DNA from: Zootoca vivipara
Taxonomy: Eukaryota
Direction of reading: 5' to 3'
DNA: 64,000 bases
Assembly (NCBI RefSeq): GCF_963506605.1
Contig: NC_083285.1
Coordinates: 43,462,001 to 43,526,000, forward strand
In this document: in pieces, positions 63,092 to 64,000 of the stretch
Position numbering within the stretch: the first letter of the stretch is position 1
Layout: each line of letters begins with the position of its first letter
Notes under the pieces: generated by a model
What the model was told of the DNA's origin: nothing
Database searches by the model: none
What the model saw: the letters and a program-made list of their open reading frames with translations, nothing else
Program-made: the position numbers and the translations under genes

Positions 63092-64000
63092 ATATCCTTA
63101 TGAACTGTTCAAGAAAAAGGAGGATGGGAAATTATTTTATATAACTACGTTTTTATTCATGATTCACCAATTCAGAATTACTTACGTACAGTACATTATG
63201 CAGTATGTTGATCGGTTTATAGCTTATATTTAAGGACATTAGAGCATCAGGGTTGTTGTTGTTTAAAAAAAATGTCCACACTTAACAGTTGAAACTAAGC
63301 CACATAAGAGTCCTAGGTGTCAAGGGGTGTAGTGTCAATTTAAATAAACAAAAATCATTGTTTGACTATGTTCTGGGAACCATGCAATTCCTCTGAACCT
63401 CTGTCAGGAATTCTTGAGTGAGACTATCATGAAGGAAGACAAACTTGAATAACAGTTTGCTCAGTGTTCCTGATCGTTCTGTGAAATAATGCAGAACAGT
63501 AGTGAAGTACTGGATGTGCTCTCAGTATCTCATGGGTTAGGCCAGATAAGCCTAGCAGAAACCTTGTGCCCTAAATCAATTCTTAGATGTCTGTCAATTT
63601 TGGTTCTCTCAGTTTCTCATTTTTCAGTTCCCAGCATTTCTGCAGGAATTTGTCATTTTAAAAAAAATCCTTATGAAAATTACGGTATCTGGCATTTTTT
63701 GTGAGTTTGTCCTAACACCTTTTCCATGCAATTTAATGTGCACATTTTTACAAGCAATTTCTCCTAAACATTTTTTTGTGTTATTTTCACTAATATGTTC
63801 ATTTTAATGCACATTTTGACCTCATATATGTATTTTTGTAAACAGGCGACTTGGTTAGAGAACTGCATTGTAAAATTGGATAAGTGCTAATTCTGAAGGA
63901 TGGCTGTGTTCTTGTTCTCATATTGTTTCAAAAAGTGCAAATTTGATGAGAGTCACCTTTAAATGCAAACCTGAATCAAATTTCTCTCCCATCCTTCCTT

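Noticed and set aside
63100-64000. AC acceptor for the AT-AC intron (e.g. after CTTAAC near 63281)
   Set aside because: Candidate ACs lead to early stops with no FAM227 similarity.

Overview
Vertebrate genomic DNA, almost certainly a lacertid-type lizard, judged from Sauria SINEs, a BovB tail, young L2, Penelope and squamate MITEs. It carries the conserved amniote block GTPBP1(-) / JOSD1(+) / TOMM22(-) / CBY1(-) / FAM227A(+). GTPBP1 has 11 coding exons in the window (16291->924) and its last exon lies outside. JOSD1 (202 aa), TOMM22 (138 aa) and CBY1 (126 aa) are complete. FAM227A is 3'-partial (43956->63091) and contains two minor-spliceosome (U12) introns, one GT-AG and one AT-AC. All exon boundaries were placed by hand from splice signals, frame continuity and remembered human protein sequences. 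The most unusual items are: (1) a TSD-flanked, poly(A)-tailed 2.1-kb retroelement with a CpG-rich 5' end and one small acidic ORF but no RT/endonuclease (48043-50158); (2) an intact minimal hammerhead ribozyme in a Penelope element (17652-17689); (3) a candidate two-TM small-protein ORF with one internal TGA nested in TOMM22 intron 3; (4) a chain of stop/start-overlapping uORFs in the JOSD1 leader; (5) several nested or composite TE insertions. There are no rRNA, true tRNA or CRISPR features. No database searches were run, so novelty claims are hypotheses.
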